The translations under genes were made by a program, and so were the position numbers. From contig NMRA01000109.1 in the NCBI GenBank assembly GCA_002633005.1, positions 86,971 to 150,970 of the forward strand: DNA of 64,000 bases, given 5' to 3'. Shown piece after piece: positions 13,748 to 27,020 of this stretch; position 1 is the first letter of the stretch, and each line of letters opens with the position of its first letter. Source of the DNA: Phoronis australis. Lineage: Eukaryota; Animalia; Phoronida. Under the pieces are notes generated by a model that did not search any database, had not been told where the DNA came from, and worked only from the letters and a program-made list of their open reading frames with translations.

Positions 13748-15442
13748 TTTGGGCAATGCATAAAGGACTGCTAGGAAAAGTTGGACTACAATTAAAATGA
13801 TGAAACAAGGTTACATCTAGGTATTTATAATAGGGGTTGATTTCAGATAATTTATCGACAAGGTATTAATTAACGTGTGAAAAAATAGCACATTCACGCT
13901 TGCGTTAATCACAGCACTTAAAAGTAACTCAATGTGATGATTTACTGAACTTGAGTTAACGACTGCATCGCAAAAAAGCTGATGTTACGAGTCAGCCAGA
14001 GTCGAGGACCTTTGCGTGCAGACGCTTGTGTCATTGCAAATGCACTGTACTCGGTATTGGAGTGCTATTTCCTGTAAATATCTTAGTATTCAATGTAGAT
14101 AGTCTGTGTGCAGTTATAATTTTTTCGTTTGACATGATATATTTTGCCTGATTTTCTTGGGGACGCTGTGTAGGGAATTGACATATTAATGATGACCCAG
14201 ATTAAAACCAGCGAGGCCAAAATTAAGTACCTGATTACCGTGCGTCAAAATTGTCATCGACAAATCTTTACTAAAAGTTTAAGAAATGAATTTGCTTTTT
14301 GAGGAACGATACCTTCGATCAATGCTTTAAGTAACCAAATCAACGAGTACAAGAAAAATTGTTCTGGTACCTGCGTTATTACTCCAAAGGAAGACTGTTC
14401 ACCTACCGCAAAATACGTTCGCTACCGTATTTGTAGGCCTTCGTGTAAATGAATTGGCTCTGCTTTACCGTAATTCTCGGCATATTTCACTGAGTATCGA
14501 ATGCTTGTTTTACACATGTGTGATAAATGCAGTCGCTATATCACCATCTAAATGCGAAATTTTTTGATACTGAACACATCGGTAAGCACATTTGAAGTCT
14601 CTCGTTTTCTGCCACATTAAACCGATTTGAATGAATTGGGTCCTTTTCGCTACATACAAAATATCTCCTGTTAACGAGTTTTAAAAAGTATACAATGTAT
14701 TATACACAAAATACGTCATTTAAAACATATTACTTGAACTCGTTTTCATACAGCACCCGAATTCATCAGATGCCTTTTACGTTTATGGTTAAGCACATTA
14801 ACGGTTTGTTCCATAGTCAGTTCCAGCTTCATTGAACTGGTTTCAGGTTGCATTAAACCTGTACAGCAATACGATAAGTTTCATCCGCTTCCAAGACGAC
14901 AGTCATATGCGTGCTCAGACAACTGCAAGAGACCTCCAGCATATAATTTAGGCGAGATAACGCAGTGCCATTCTCATGATGGCTCCGCTGAAGAGTGCGC
15001 CGTACCATATTGCCTCTGTAAGTATCAATAGTGTGTTACCTGTCACACTTAAGCAGAAACACTGTACAATAATCCGCGTTAGATGAGTTTTGTTGCGAGC
15101 TGAACATGATGGGATGGACGTAGGTATGGAAATGGTGTCCGATAGGCGCCAGAACGAACGAGGTTGTTGTCAATGAGATCTTTGGATGATTTGGAGATTG
15201 CTGCGGGCTCGTTGAACAGTTGAACAAACTCATTTACAAGTAGTACATCGAATATTTCATTGCCTGTTTGATTATCGTAGTCGTCACAAAACCGGGTACT
15301 ATTTCAAGCTTTGATTGGCACTCGACAGAAGACTGAGAAGGGGAACGATAGAAGAAACTGTTTTTATTTTGCTTAAAATTAACATGTATTTCACTCCAGC
15401 AATTGCATAAACTTTCACTAATTTTATCATTATATCTTACAC

Positions 15443-16417
15443 TGTCAGATGTTTGACTGTGTTTGTTTAAAAGGTAGCTATGCTTTGAGATTGTGCGTAG
15501 ATGGAGAGTGAATAATCCAATCCAGTAATTAATTTATTATATGATAACCCCTAATTAGACAAATGAAACCTATTATTAATTAAGTAATCAACTACAAAGA
15601 GTAACTACGCTAGCGCCCTCATTAAAGATTACTTTAATCAAACAACCAAAACGATCAAATGCCTTATCTGCTATCCAAGCTAGGACTCTCAACTTGTTGG
15701 ATGTCTGTCCTGTTGGTGAATCTTCGAACTACATGTACACACACTGTAGAGCGACAGTGTACTTGCTAGTCACCGTCTCTGGTGATGCAACACTTGCAGG
15801 CAATTTCTTCTACCCGCGATTCTTCTTGCTGGTCACAGTCTCTGGCTGATGATACAACACTTCAGGTAGTATCTTACTACCCACAATGCAAGTGACAAGC
15901 TCTTAGTTAACTTCCTGTTCGTTAACCCTTGCCCTTGCCAAGATCCTTTCTAGAATCTTCCACGAGATGGCTCTGTCGTACAATTTCCTCTGTACACTGT
16001 AGCAAGTCTTTATGCTTCAACTACATGTACTATAGCTCATCTAATTATCTTGTTGATTTCAGCCCATAATATATAACATTCTACTTATTTAGTGATTGGC
16101 TAATAAAAACCACATGATCATATCCACTCATATTATTGGCTGTTACAATTTGTTCTCAGAATATTCTAGAATCTCTAGAGTACTTTGACCCCACAACCCA
16201 AAGTTGTAAACACCACCTAAAAATAGATTTTGACGTTAAAATACATGTCAACAAGTCTGACCCCATGATTTAAAAGTATCTAAAAATAGATTTTGACGTT
16301 AAAATACATGTCAACAAGTCTGACCCCATGATTTAAAAGTACATATGCACAGATTCTGGCCGGCAACTTAAAATGGATCTATTCTCACTAATTACTTAAT
16401 CAATATTTATTCTGACA
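15443..16417 (-). mobile_element. Solo LTR, 975 bp, with 5-bp TSD
   Basis: TGTCAGA...TCTGACA termini. Perfect TACAC duplication at 15438-15442 and 16418-16422. Internal ~62-bp tandem duplication at ~16218-16340. Confidence 0.88.
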
Positions 16418-16649
16418 TACACATTTGTGAATAAAAAACATTATAGCTTGGCCATTGTTACTATCGTATGCCAAGAAATAGTAAGGAATAGATAATTTAG
16501 TTTTGTGTTTGTCGCAAGTAATTTTCAGACTCACATATTGCAACAAGTTTGTAGCTGCAATCAGCAACAGTGTGTTTAAGCAATTCGAACCTTGAAAAGT
16601 TATTGAGTTTAGGACTGTTGATGTTAGTCAAAAGAATAACAAAATTGTT

Positions 16650-16700
16650 AAGTCCTGGGTTGAACTCAATGTCACCTGATCTAAGGAGAAGATCCGAGAT
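16650..16700 (-). other. 2A-like ribosome-skipping peptide motif (degenerate) at the start of LINE ORF2
   Basis: ISDLLLRSGDIEFNPG-L versus consensus D(V/I)ExNPG-P. The final codon CTT is one substitution from CCT (Pro). Confidence 0.8.
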
Positions 16701-19699
16701 GCAAACAATACCTGGGTCCAGGATTAGACATAAATTACAAACTAGGCAAGTGTAACACGTCAACACTGATGAGACGTTATCAGCGACCCAACGGGACTCT
16801 TCAAGAAACCGGGTGTAACGTACAGACGGTAAGCCACTTAATCAATAAAAACAAAACTAAAAAGGCAATGGAAAAACACATAACGTTGAATTCAAAAGAA
16901 TGAAACAGGCGAGGAAGTCCAACATTGAATGAAAGTTTGTCAACGCTGATGCGACAGATATACTATTAGGTATCAGATATAACCAAAACAAGTATGTGTG
17001 AATACTTTTACGCCTACGCATAAAACACCCCAAATGCACATATACCAATACACAGAATAGAGACATCAAAAACATAATAATGCCAGGTTATATATCATCA
17101 TAGATTATAGACAACAGATTCGCAACTCCGGCATATTCTAACGTGCCGAGTTGAACTCTACTGACCTATCTGCTGCAGTTTCCGGTCAGTGTATTTTGAC
17201 GAGAAATACTTGCATCTACTTTACTGTCCAAAACAACAAAAAAATATTAATTTCGACATTGAAACGCTTTTCAAAGTCTTTCAATGGTAGAAGTGTTGGT
17301 ATTATGAGTACTTTTAGCAATGTTACTGGTAATTAATTACAAAATTCAAACTTCGGTGCCGACTGATTATGTCGTCTGCTTGCCCAATATAGCAGCATAG
17401 TTATCGGACAATTTTTGATTTATGGTTCACATAGGCCTACTGAGAAAACTACGAAAGCGTGTTTATAAATCAACATTCTCAAGTGAGCAGTTCTTCTGGG
17501 AAGTGTTGAGTGGCCCTTAAACGGGCCGTTGGATGTAGCTATAGCGTGAAATGGTTCTTAAAAGAACCGTTGAATAATTCAACATAAATCACACAGTATA
17601 TCATGCTCACTCAAGTACTGAAGGTCCTCTTCATTCAAGTTTTCATCTGGGAAGGTTGGATGAAAACAGAGGAGATGACACTATCGATGACAGTTGTAAC
17701 ACCTTATATAAATGTTACCGGTCTCCAACGTTATCACGAACCCTGCCTTTTTCAGTTCTTGTTCCTGGATTCAGAAGTAGCCATGAACCATAGGGAAAAA
17801 AGACATATACTACGAAAACGAATCAAATTTTGAAAATCATCGCCTTCGTGTGATTATGTGTTGCTGTCGCCAGACTTGTTCCTCCCCAACATCAATGTCG
17901 AAAATCGACGTTACAAGTGATGCAAACTAGTGTCCTTTAACTGTTTCTAACTTTTAACCCATTTTTTAAGAAAGGGGTGTACTGATTTTGTCTAACGTTG
18001 ATAGAGCATAACTTTTGGTTTTTACAATGCATTAATTGTGTCGAATGCATTCATATTAGGCGGCTCCATTGAGTTGAACAGAAAATAAACTAAATGTAAC
18101 ATAATAAAGTTTTGAAAATAGATAGAACAGTAAAACAGGACTCCCTAAAAATCGAGCTATTTTCGAAAACGTTGCGCCATTGGTGATCTGATTGGTTCAT
18201 GCGTTTACGGCGGGAAAATAATAGACCAAGTATCGTGCACGTGTGCACTGTAGCAACACTTTGTATCTTATTCTTATTTGGCCAATCTATTGTGAATTTC
18301 CTTATTTATGCCCATCCTGATTTGACTGCAACTTGAGCTTGTTGGGTTCTATTATATATTGGGTTAGCATTGGGACCCACATGATGCTTACTCGAATGGG
18401 CTTCATTATTACCAAGTGTCTCAAATTGAGGTGAAGTAAATAAACAAAGTGGGTGATTATCATCACCAGAATTTCATCATTAGTATCTTTTGCCGGGAGC
18501 TCAAATTTTCTGAGACTAGGGATTGTCAGATTTGTAAGGTAGAAGTGTTTCGCTGGATTTCCAGGTCTGTGGCGTTATTTATACCGGACCAAAATTAAAA
18601 AAACAGACCTTTGTTTAAATCAGGAGCTGCATGATACACATTTATTAGACGTGCGCAGGCATTGCACTGATCACTTGGAACCATTTTTATGGTTTATTAA
18701 TATATAGTTAAACCAAGCTGAGGAGCTTGAAACCTGATTCACGGCAATTTTTGGCAGTGGTATTTTTTGAAAAATGCTCGTAAGTTGACAACAAAGTTTG
18801 ATAGCAATGCACTGCAGTTTTGTAGAAACTCTGTTCATAGGTTACAGATGCGTCACAGAGCGTAACTTTGATGAATTCTAGCTTACGATTTCACCTGTTT
18901 CGGAGACCGGATTTCAACCACTTTTGGGCTATAATAAGCGCCCCCTTCCTGAAGCGGATTTTTCTAAGCACCCTGGCCGCTTATTAGGGCGCATACGGTA
19001 ATATTTCAGAAGGGCAATACTTAGTATCCTTTATGAACGGGACCCTTTTGTTACATTAAGAGTGGCATTGGCTCATTATGTACCCTACAGGTGGCATAGG
19101 ACTTTACAAAACTGGTTGAAGAATTTTGTTTTCTTCATAAACGTTCGTTTGAAAGGCTTAAGTTTAGAAATGTTTGGACTTAAGGCGGAAATTTAAAAAA
19201 ACATATGTCCGCTTACAAAAAATTTAACATTGAAGAATAAAAACAACCTTTACACCCCTCTGGTGTTCCTGTTCCATGTTTTCAAAGCAGTTGGTTGCAT
19301 TTTCATAGACTGCAGTCGAGAGATTTTGTGCGGGATATATTCGACATGAAATGAGTGTGTAACCTGCTGTTGAATTGCGAGATAGATTTTGACTTGTCCG
19401 GGTGGTTATTTATGAAGCATTAATGTAATCTTTATTTATGTTAAAGGTTTTACCAGCGTTCTATTTATTTGTATACGAATGTGAATTTGTTGAAATCGCT
19501 GATGCAAATCCTGGCCAAATGTGCGCATTCTGCTGAGAACAACCGTCTGATCAGGGCCAGCGAAGAGTAATTTGGTTAATTCGCTCACTAGGCTATGGCT
19601 GAACTTCCTCGTAAGGACAAGAGTTTACGAGTCACTACCTTTGGAAGAAATTTAGCGGATAATTTTCGTCAAAAAGTTTACCAGATAGTTTTCATCAAA

Positions 19700-19944
19700 A
19701 CGGAGAAAACAAAAATGGATTTGTGAAGACAGGATTAAGTAGTATACTCTCTTAAAAACATTCATCTTCGAAGGGCCTTGAACAAATGTATAGTCTTATT
19801 GCTGAAACAACTGCCATTCACGTTGACACGAGAAGTAAGGTTTTCTTCCCACATCCGATTATGGGGTCTTCGGATGGTATGGAAGCTAATTCCTTTGCAT
19901 TTCGCGTGTGTGGCCGAACAACCGGCCACACAGTAGCCGACCAT
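19700..19944 (-). pseudogene. THAP-domain fragment of a decayed DNA transposon (possibly P-element-like)
   Basis: MVGYCVAGCS...ISFH...W, then frameshifted YICSRPFEDECF. A CATAGAC-type terminus lies upstream (GTCTATG ending at 20094). Confidence 0.65.
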
Positions 19945-20805
19945 GATTAGCAGACGACGTACTTGCCGGAAATTGCACCAGATAATTTAGCCAGGTGTCG
20001 CCAGTGAATAATGACGTAAGGGCTTATGCGTAAGACCACAGATTTCGTCCATTGAAAGTATACGGAGTTGGCAGCCCATGTACTATAGTCTATGATAACA
20101 TTAATTGTTTAAATATATTACCTATAACTTTGTACATGGCCAAAACCCATATGCGTGTCACTCACACGACGCTGGAACTCACTCACAGCTCAACAAGTGT
20201 TTATAGAAGAGAGTGCCCATTGAACACGTGAGAGCAGACCTTACAACAGTGTTCGATTGCGATGTGGCACCTTAAGAATATAGAATAACGCCACGTAGTA
20301 CGGAATATTCCAGTTGTATATAACTGTGCTGGACGAAAATGAGTATCGACCACTTTGTCGGGACAGTTCGAAGCCCTGAAAGGTCACGAGTACCGATGAA
20401 CTCTAGCGTCCGAATCTTGTGGTATGCCTGAGTTGAGAATAAAACCCAGAGAATCAAAATTAGAATAATACCTCGGGTGCAATGTGTATCGCAAGCATTG
20501 TAATCAAAATAATGATCACATGCTTTAAAACACAGCGTGTCACTGGCAAAACAAAATGCAAAACATGCCAAGATCACTGGCGCAGGCGTGTAAAATCAAA
20601 AACACCCCGTGTATTCACTCAAGAGACGCACGTGATTAGGTACATGTACTACACCGGTCATTCACAGTGAATAGTTGATAGGAACCTAGATTTACAGGTA
20701 TATAGGCCTGAGAACCCTATGGCTAGACTACGGGTTCTCAGCTCAGTTACTTCACTAAATGTACAGTTTTTAGCTATTTTAATAGACAATGTTATTTAGA
20801 CAAAG

Positions 20806-21485
20806 TGTCAGAATATAGAATGACACTGTTTTCAGTTGTATTGTTTTGTTTTGTTTTGATGTTTTGTTTGATTGACATGACACCTGAGTTAAGTAAAGTG
20901 ATTATGTAATTTGTTTACTACAGTATAGTGTAGAACTTTCTAGAAGACTCTAGCATGACGGTGATTAATGCAGTCTGGAATATTCTAGAGACTATTATAT
21001 GTTTGTAGAATGATTGGGTAGATTCCGGAAAGTTCTGGCATTTGCTTGAGTTGATGAAAAATTCTAGAACAATACATTAGTCAGTAAATACACAAGCATG
21101 GGCTTATATTAGTCACTTAAGTAAAGAAAAGCAGTTAACAGTTAAACAGTTGAGAGAATTGCAGTTAAAGATTTGCAGTGAAGAGAATCAGCAGTGGAGA
21201 TTCAATAGAGAGCCGGCTATAAAGACAGCAGGTTGTTGAATCAACGAGTGTCACAGTTTCTTGAAGTGTATCGGGAGTTTACAAGTCTAGGCTCCGCAGC
21301 ACTGGCTGGAACCTAAAGCAGACATTACCGCGTCGCACGTTTTGTTTGAGTATGCTTGTGAACGTACGGTCGATATTGATAAAAGGATTAACTTGAACCA
21401 GTCTTCAGTCTATCGTCACACCGAAAGCTATTATAACTGGTCTGTAACAACCTGCGCCCACCCACACACGTAGAAAAACGTGACA
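20806..21485 (+). mobile_element. Solo LTR, 680 bp
   Basis: TGTCA...TGACA termini. Flanks CAAAG/TAAAG (5-bp TSD, one mismatch). Homologous pieces at 12205-13574 and 44130-44329. Confidence 0.8.
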
Positions 21486-21572
21486 TAAAGAAGAGCTCAC
21501 AATAACCATAAAATAATAGAAACGATATTACATCTGTGAGTAAAGAACAAAACAAATAATTGCCTATCTTAC

Positions 21573-22312
21573 CAGAGATTACCATTTTTGCGTTATTTAC
21601 CTGTATTCGTTATATTGTAATTGTATTAGTCCTAATAAATGACCTACCTCAGTCTGCTTCTCGTGTCTGGTAACGAGGTTGCGACCCACGTATCATTAAT
21701 CTATGATTCGGGACAAATATCGATCATAAAAAAGGCATTTCACTCGTTAAAAATATTTGTGTGAGCATTTGGACCCGTCATACTCCTTTCCCCCTCATTT
21801 CGGTCTATTCCATTATTCCTTTGTGTAGGACTACACATCGTTTTCCCAGCCTTTGTATTGGTCTCTTGTTATCACGTGGCTCAAGTTTGTTCAGCTCTTG
21901 GCTCTTATAGGCTGGTAATTATCATGTGTCATTAGGGTTTTTTATTTGTTATTGTAACCTCGCTTTCAGTTCACTTTTGTTCCGGCCACATTGTCGTACG
22001 ATCCAAAACTTATTAAAATTTCCCACCCTCTACCTCCCAGTTTTTGTCATTCTCTCATACTTCCAAGTGGCCGGGTGCACACCTGCGGATGGGCATGACC
22101 TGTCTTGCAATATCTCTTGTGGCGCTTTTTATTGCCCATCTCATCAGAGATTACCATTTGATGCTATTTATCCGTATTCATTATATTGTAAGTGTATTAG
22201 TCATAATAAATGACCTTATATCGCCTACCTCGGTCTCCTTTTCATCTCTGGTAACGAGCTTGCGACGCAGGTATTATTTATCTATTATTCGGGACATATG
22301 TCGATCATAAAA
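21573..22312 (+). repeat. Diverged ~160-bp direct repeat pair (about 21573-21731 and 22146-22312)
   Basis: Both copies share CAGAGATTACCATTT..TATTGTAA..TAATAAATGACCT..CTGGTAACGAG..ATTCGGGACA..TCGATCATAAAA. Confidence 0.75.
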
Positions 22313-22699
22313 GATTTAGTAAACTTAGTGGAGTCCCTATTTAAGACCCTACTGTTTTATCCAAGCGGGTACCCGGGCACGAGTTCCCTGGTCCAATGCC
22401 ACTGTACATTTAAAGTCCTGTACAACTACACGCAGTATCTGCAGTACGAACCGCAATAAATTCTGCATTTTGTATTTCACGCCATATGACTTTCCTATTG
22501 GTTAACTATGTTGGGACTTAGTGGGTGAGGTTAAAACCAAGAATCTTCGCCCGGGCGTCACCTCGCTAGGTACGCCACTACTTTATGCTACAGAATGCTG
22601 TGAGCATTGCCCAACTTTTGTGATAACAATACTAGCGCTCGAAACAGGAACTGAAAAATACCTCGCCGACTAAGTAAAATTCCTCATTTTAATGAGAAG

Positions 22700-23940
22700 T
22701 ATAAAGAGAGAGCATTGTCTCAATAAAAACATAAGACAAAGATTCCGAATTTGTGTAAAAATTGATTTACACCATACTCTTTTGAACGCCAAGGCAAGAT
22801 GCTTACAAGTTGTTGTGAGCACATGTAAGTGGGGACAGTTTGTCACGCTGGCGCTGATGCATGTTCCCTTCATCAAAGACATGTCTATTGGCAACACTTA
22901 GAGAAGACAAAACAGGCGTATTAGGCTGATGTGTGTTTCGTCCTTTCAATGTGCCAAATACTGAAAGTACAACTTAAAACGTAAATTTTGTGAGCCTACT
23001 GCCAAGTTGCCTATTGTTGAATTTTCTTTAGCCACTGAATTTTTTGACAGTAATGTGTTGAAATGTATTACGTATTGCGTCTCTCCCTGGATTAATTACT
23101 CTGGCAGTCAGTCAAAACAAATACTGGAAGTGAACAATGAGCTCATCATGTTACAACCTCCTTGTTTTAAAAACAGAATAATTGTCCTCCTAGATGGATA
23201 GTTTGACAGTAGGCTTAACCACACACCCGGATGTTGTAACGCATGGCACACCACAGTCACTGTCAGGCTCCTGTTTAGCAAGAGTTTCTGTCTTATTATT
23301 AGGCACGTTATTTTCAATGTTCTCCCGAACAGATTCATTGGTTTTCATCATCTTTATTCCGAGGCGGTTTCATTTGAGTAACAGCTGCAGTCTTTGATGG
23401 GCCAGGTCGCAAACCTTCAAATGTCCAAAATATGAGACTTCTTTCATAGCAACTTCAAGTTTCTCATCGTTCAAGCGAATGCCTCGCTCATGACATCTTT
23501 ACAATACTTGATTCACATTGGTATCGTACTCTTCTCGGTCACGCCCAAACACTAAAATACCATAGAATTGTGAAAACACCAGTCCTTTGAAACTATCGTC
23601 AATTTCATTTTGGAATTCATCTTGTGATGATCGAAGATCTAAGGCTAGTGGCAAGAAACAATATCTCCCCAATGATATGCTAAATGTTCTCAGAAACTAC
23701 GATTTCTTAGACAATTTTATTGCCCAATACCCTGAGCGCTCATCCGTTTTCGTAAAATATTTAGCACCACTCAGCTTCGTCAATACATCGTCCAGGGTTC
23801 GCATAGGGCAATGTGGACGCATTATGGCATTGTTCACATCCCGTGGATCAAAACAAATCCGCAGTTTTTCAGATTGCTTTTGAACAACAACAGGCGAGTT
23901 CACCCATTCTGTGGGTTTGTCCACTTTAACAATTATGTTG
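22700..23940 (-). pseudogene. Ty3/Gypsy pol (reverse transcriptase) relic
   Basis: ORF 23697-23924 reads PTEWVNSPVVVQK..KLRICFDPRDVN.AI.RPH..AKYFTK.D..SGYW. Downstream fragments GRYCF, SSQDEFQ, ILVFG and EVSYFGH carry stops and frameshifts. Lower boundary is approximate. Confidence 0.9.
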
Positions 23941-24174
23941 CACTCTAACTCAGTGTCTACATGGGAGACCTAGCATGGCTATCAAAAAAGAATTAGAGTA
24001 ACCATTTTTAACTAGAATTGGTTTGATGCGTTGATCTTCAACGTTGAATTCTTGGCAATCAGAGGTGTGTGTCGCACGCTGGCTCTGTATTTGACAGCCT
24101 ATTTTGCTATGTGTTCATTCTACTTATTGCCTGAGGATGTGACATGCAGTCACAAAATATACCTACTGCTTTTA

Positions 24175-24212
24175 TTTGTTTGTTTGTTTGTTTGTTTGTT
24201 TGTTTGTTTGTT
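24175..24212. repeat. (TTTG)n microsatellite
   Basis: About 9 tandem TTTG units. Confidence 0.95.
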
Positions 24213-27020
24213 ATGTATCTCGGTATTTTACTGCATTCCTGCGCACCCGAAGAAAGGAGACTGTTCGGAAATTACAAACAAACCAATATCAAGCTCTCCA
24301 ACAAAAAGTCTATTCGTGTCTTTAACGAAGTTCGGTGAACAGTACAGATTATTTTACTCCACGACTGGTCCTGCTTAGTCACAAATTTATCTATCCTGGC
24401 TAGTACAAGCCCATACTCTTGCCACTGGCCTTGATTTTTGTTTTACTTTCCAGAATATCAGATATTATGAAATGTTTTAGCATGTCCTTGACTTACTAAA
24501 GCCACAAAGCTTTTGTGTTCGCACTTGTTTGATGAAAATTCTCTAAACGAGCCTTCATTCTTCAAACTGTCTTTAGAACAGAATAGCCTCAAAACCAGTT
24601 TTTACAAATGTCAATGCTTACAAATTCAAGCTTAAAAGGATTTTTATCCATTAAGGTGACCTGCAATTGTCAAATAAATGAAAATGGATGACAAAAGTTT
24701 TCATGTATAATTTGTCTATATATTCTCAAACCTAATGTTAACTGACTCACTCGGCAAAGGTGATCGGGTTCAGTTTTGTTACTGATCGCGTAATACATCA
24801 AGAAAACGACTTGTTTATATTTGAAAGACCTCGGTCATAATTTAAAGCTGATTTCTTGCTCAAAAGTTTGTTCAAATGGTCTGTAAATTCTGCTCGTCAT
24901 TTCCAATCTAGACAATTTTTCAAGTCAAGTTTCAATAAAATGTAAATTTGAGGCAAGTCTTTTTATTACTCAATATTAACTCGTTAGCTGTATATTCTAA
25001 AAGTTACAAAAGACTGCAAGGTGCAATATGGCCGTAAATAGGTATTAAAAACGGCCACTAAAATTTGCCGAACAAAGTGGTCTGTGGAATACCTCCACTG
25101 TCTATCAGAAAGCTGCCAGGTTTTAATAAATGACATAGAATGATGCACAGTATAGGTTGGTTGTTGCAGCCTTTAAAGTAAAATTTTTGATCTATTTTGT
25201 ATGTTACTCAATTTTCGTTCCTGAAAATATGCGATTTTGGAGACGGCTTACATGCCCAATTGTTGCAATTTGTGGTCTCATGCTTTAGAGGTAAAACTAG
25301 GGGTCATTGAGTCCACAAAATTTGGCATTTAGATATTGTTAGGATACCTATCTAAGTACAAATTATGAAGTTGAAAATTTATTGGTTTATACATGGACTA
25401 CTTCTTAATTATATATTTTCATGGTAAAAAGATGAATCATGATCAGCCGTACAAAACCTACTATATTGCCTGTATATATTTTTGCGTCCCTAACAGCTCC
25501 ATAATATTAATAGTTTTTAATCAGGAGACAATCATCCGGATTGATATATATTATATTTTATTTTATTCTACATTATAAATTGGTGAAACTGGAGCAGCCC
25601 ACTAGTCCGAAACTCTTAAGTCAGAGGAGAGGCGTAACTGAAGCATAGAACAGAGACCTTATTGTCTGGGGCAGTTTATAAATCATTAGCTAGAGTATCA
25701 CTTGCAGTTACGCAAAGCAGTGTGGGTAGTATTTTGGAGTTCACTGTGGAAATGGTGTAGTGGTAGACGATGGGTTAAAGTGAATATTAGATAAATTTAT
25801 TCGATGTTCTTTGGCTTAAAATATTTCTTTGAGACTGCGCTATCTGGTAAACCTCGATCGGCTGACATTAATTGGAAATGATTAGCCCTATGAACCCGGA
25901 GAATGTCATTAAAATCGTTTACACCAAATTAAGAAATGATTTTAGATTTTAGCGAAGCAGATTAAAAATGTTATGCATTTAATTTTCTTATGAATGAAAA
26001 TTGGATCACCCTGCAATACGTCTGCAAGAGATACCAAATACCTATTACCTGAGATGAATATAGCTGTCCTTTTGGCTGCTCTTGTTGTCGCACCCAAAAT
26101 CAGCACGAAGACTACTGACGTGTTGATGAGAATCCCCTCCAAAACCCTTACGCATATCAAAATGGCGGCAATCAACAAATGCATGGTTACCATAGAATCA
26201 TAACTACGGGCATAAGAACCATACGCACAAACAACCACTTGATGCATAGATTCGTAGGTGGTTCCTGCGCAAGATGCAGTCCCCGGGATTATGATTCTAT
26301 GGTACCCTTGAAAAAGGTCTATTAATTTTAATTTTAATTTTAATTTTGTCCGCATTCTGCAAAACCTGACGTAATTAAATCAATTGCTGCCAATTAATTT
26401 AAATAACAACTATACATAAAGGCACAAATGCCTAAAATAACAGTTTAAACATAATTCATTTTTTTTAAAATGCCCAGGTTTGAGATTTTGGCCAACGGCT
26501 AACTCTACGTCTCTGAATTACCTTTCGTTTCTCAATTTTTCTCAAATTTATTGAGCCATAATTCGCGGTCATCAGTGAATTGATTCACATTGTATTCGTT
26601 CATAGCGAAAGCTTTTGGTTGCAAAAAGTATCGTCTTCGATGTCCCAACAATAGAAATGCAGAAGCAGTTTTGAAAGCGTTTAGGGATTGTTTTTCCAGT
26701 CCTTTCAATGACGCACGGAAGAATCATGTAGCTAGAAGTATAGTATAAACACTTAATTTGAAAGCTAATTTCGCTCGTGCAGGAAACCATTATTGCCCAC
26801 GGGCACTTGGTGTGTCGTTAGGTAGGTCTGCATCACTGCGTATTTTTGCGTGTAAAAATATGAAAAATACACCCAAGTACAAAATGTGCACCTTGAGAGT
26901 ACCGCCATGTTGTCGGTTAACACTATGAGGGCGTCTTACCAGTAAATGGTAGAATATTCAACGTATGCAAATGTCGTAGCACTTTAGCTATATTGATGGT
27001 ATTTAAAATGCAAACAGTAA

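Larger units (their letters stand above)
14400..17075 (-). mobile_element. Decayed CR1/L2-group LINE (ORF2 APE region), split by a solo LTR
   Basis: ORF 16497-16766 reads GDIEFNPG, then LTNINS and LVAICES (APE start). Beyond the LTR, ~15110-15260 reads EIFDVLLVNEFVQLFNEP..S..LID (APE end). Outer boundaries are approximate. Confidence 0.7.

Noticed and set aside
17230-17335. DFEKRFNVEINIF resembling a Polinton polymerase-associated motif
   Set aside because: Too short, and no other Polinton genes or termini nearby.
17603-17833. MLTQVLKVLFIQVFIWEG as a signal-peptide first exon of the TSP1/kringle gene
   Set aside because: Weak hydrophobic core and poor donor site. No independent support.
25942-26355. 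137-aa minus-strand ORF with exon-like borders (~26048-26307)
   Set aside because: Plausible AG/GT sites but no recognisable domain or partner exons, so it cannot be supported without RNA data.
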